DNA of 13,995 nucleotides from Bdellovibrio sp. (lineage in GTDB: Bacteria; Bdellovibrionota; Bdellovibrionia; Bdellovibrionales; Bdellovibrionaceae): assembly GCA_046318155.1 (NCBI GenBank), contig JBKCUU010000106.1:1-13995 (forward strand). The letters are read 5' to 3'. Made by a program: the position numbers and the translations under genes. Of this stretch, positions 13,811 to 13,995 are shown piece after piece (the stretch's first letter is position 1; each line of letters begins with the position of its first letter). The notes below the pieces were generated by a model. The model was given only the letters and a program-made list of their open reading frames with translations. It was not told the origin of the DNA and did no database searches.

Positions 13811-13995
13811 TTATTTTGCCATTCGAGCGTTGATCTTTTTGAGCAAGTCTTCAGTCAGGGCCGTAAACTACACCGCGTGTTTGTAGTAGTCATCGTACTT
13901 GCTCTCGACGTGCATCACATTCAGCACGATGCCTTGTGCATTAAACTGCATGGTCTCGTCTGATTGTGCGGGGCCGTGAAAAATCGAAAGGTACA
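13811..13995 (-). pseudogene. 3' end of a PilZ-like gene with an in-frame TAG at 13868-13870 (partial, runs off the right edge)
   Basis: Manual translation: YLSIFHGPAQSDETMQFNAQGIVLNVMHVESKYDDYYKHAV*FTALTEDLLKKINARMAK*. The other two minus-strand frames close earlier. The beta-strand pattern, x-x-F and terminal helix resemble a PilZ C-terminus. Confidence 0.5.

Overview
Gene-dense core-chromosome segment, most likely from a Bdellovibrionota (Bdellovibrio-like) bacterium. This is inferred mainly from a TTAC-N3-GTAA LexA box, supported by overall gene content. The minus-strand block holds ampG (partial), an atypical adenosine-deaminase-fold protein and an HNH nuclease. The plus-strand block holds slyD, yajQ, a Gly-rich RRM protein, tesA-ybbA-ybbP, sua5, a PlsC-family acyltransferase and an orphan lipoprotein with a sigma54-type promoter. 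These are followed by a convergent membrane protein, then lexA, an imuA-like gene and an O-methyltransferase, and finally the 3' end of a PilZ-like gene interrupted by an in-frame TAG. No mobile elements, CRISPR arrays or tRNA/rRNA genes were seen. Main points of interest: (i) four genes with a -10 box exactly 6 nt upstream of an SD-less ATG, suggesting leaderless mRNAs; (ii) an unusual deaminase coupled to ampG; (iii) a lexA-imuA operon lacking imuB/dnaE2; (iv) a sigma54/enhancer-controlled orphan lipoprotein; (v) the amber-interrupted PilZ-like gene.
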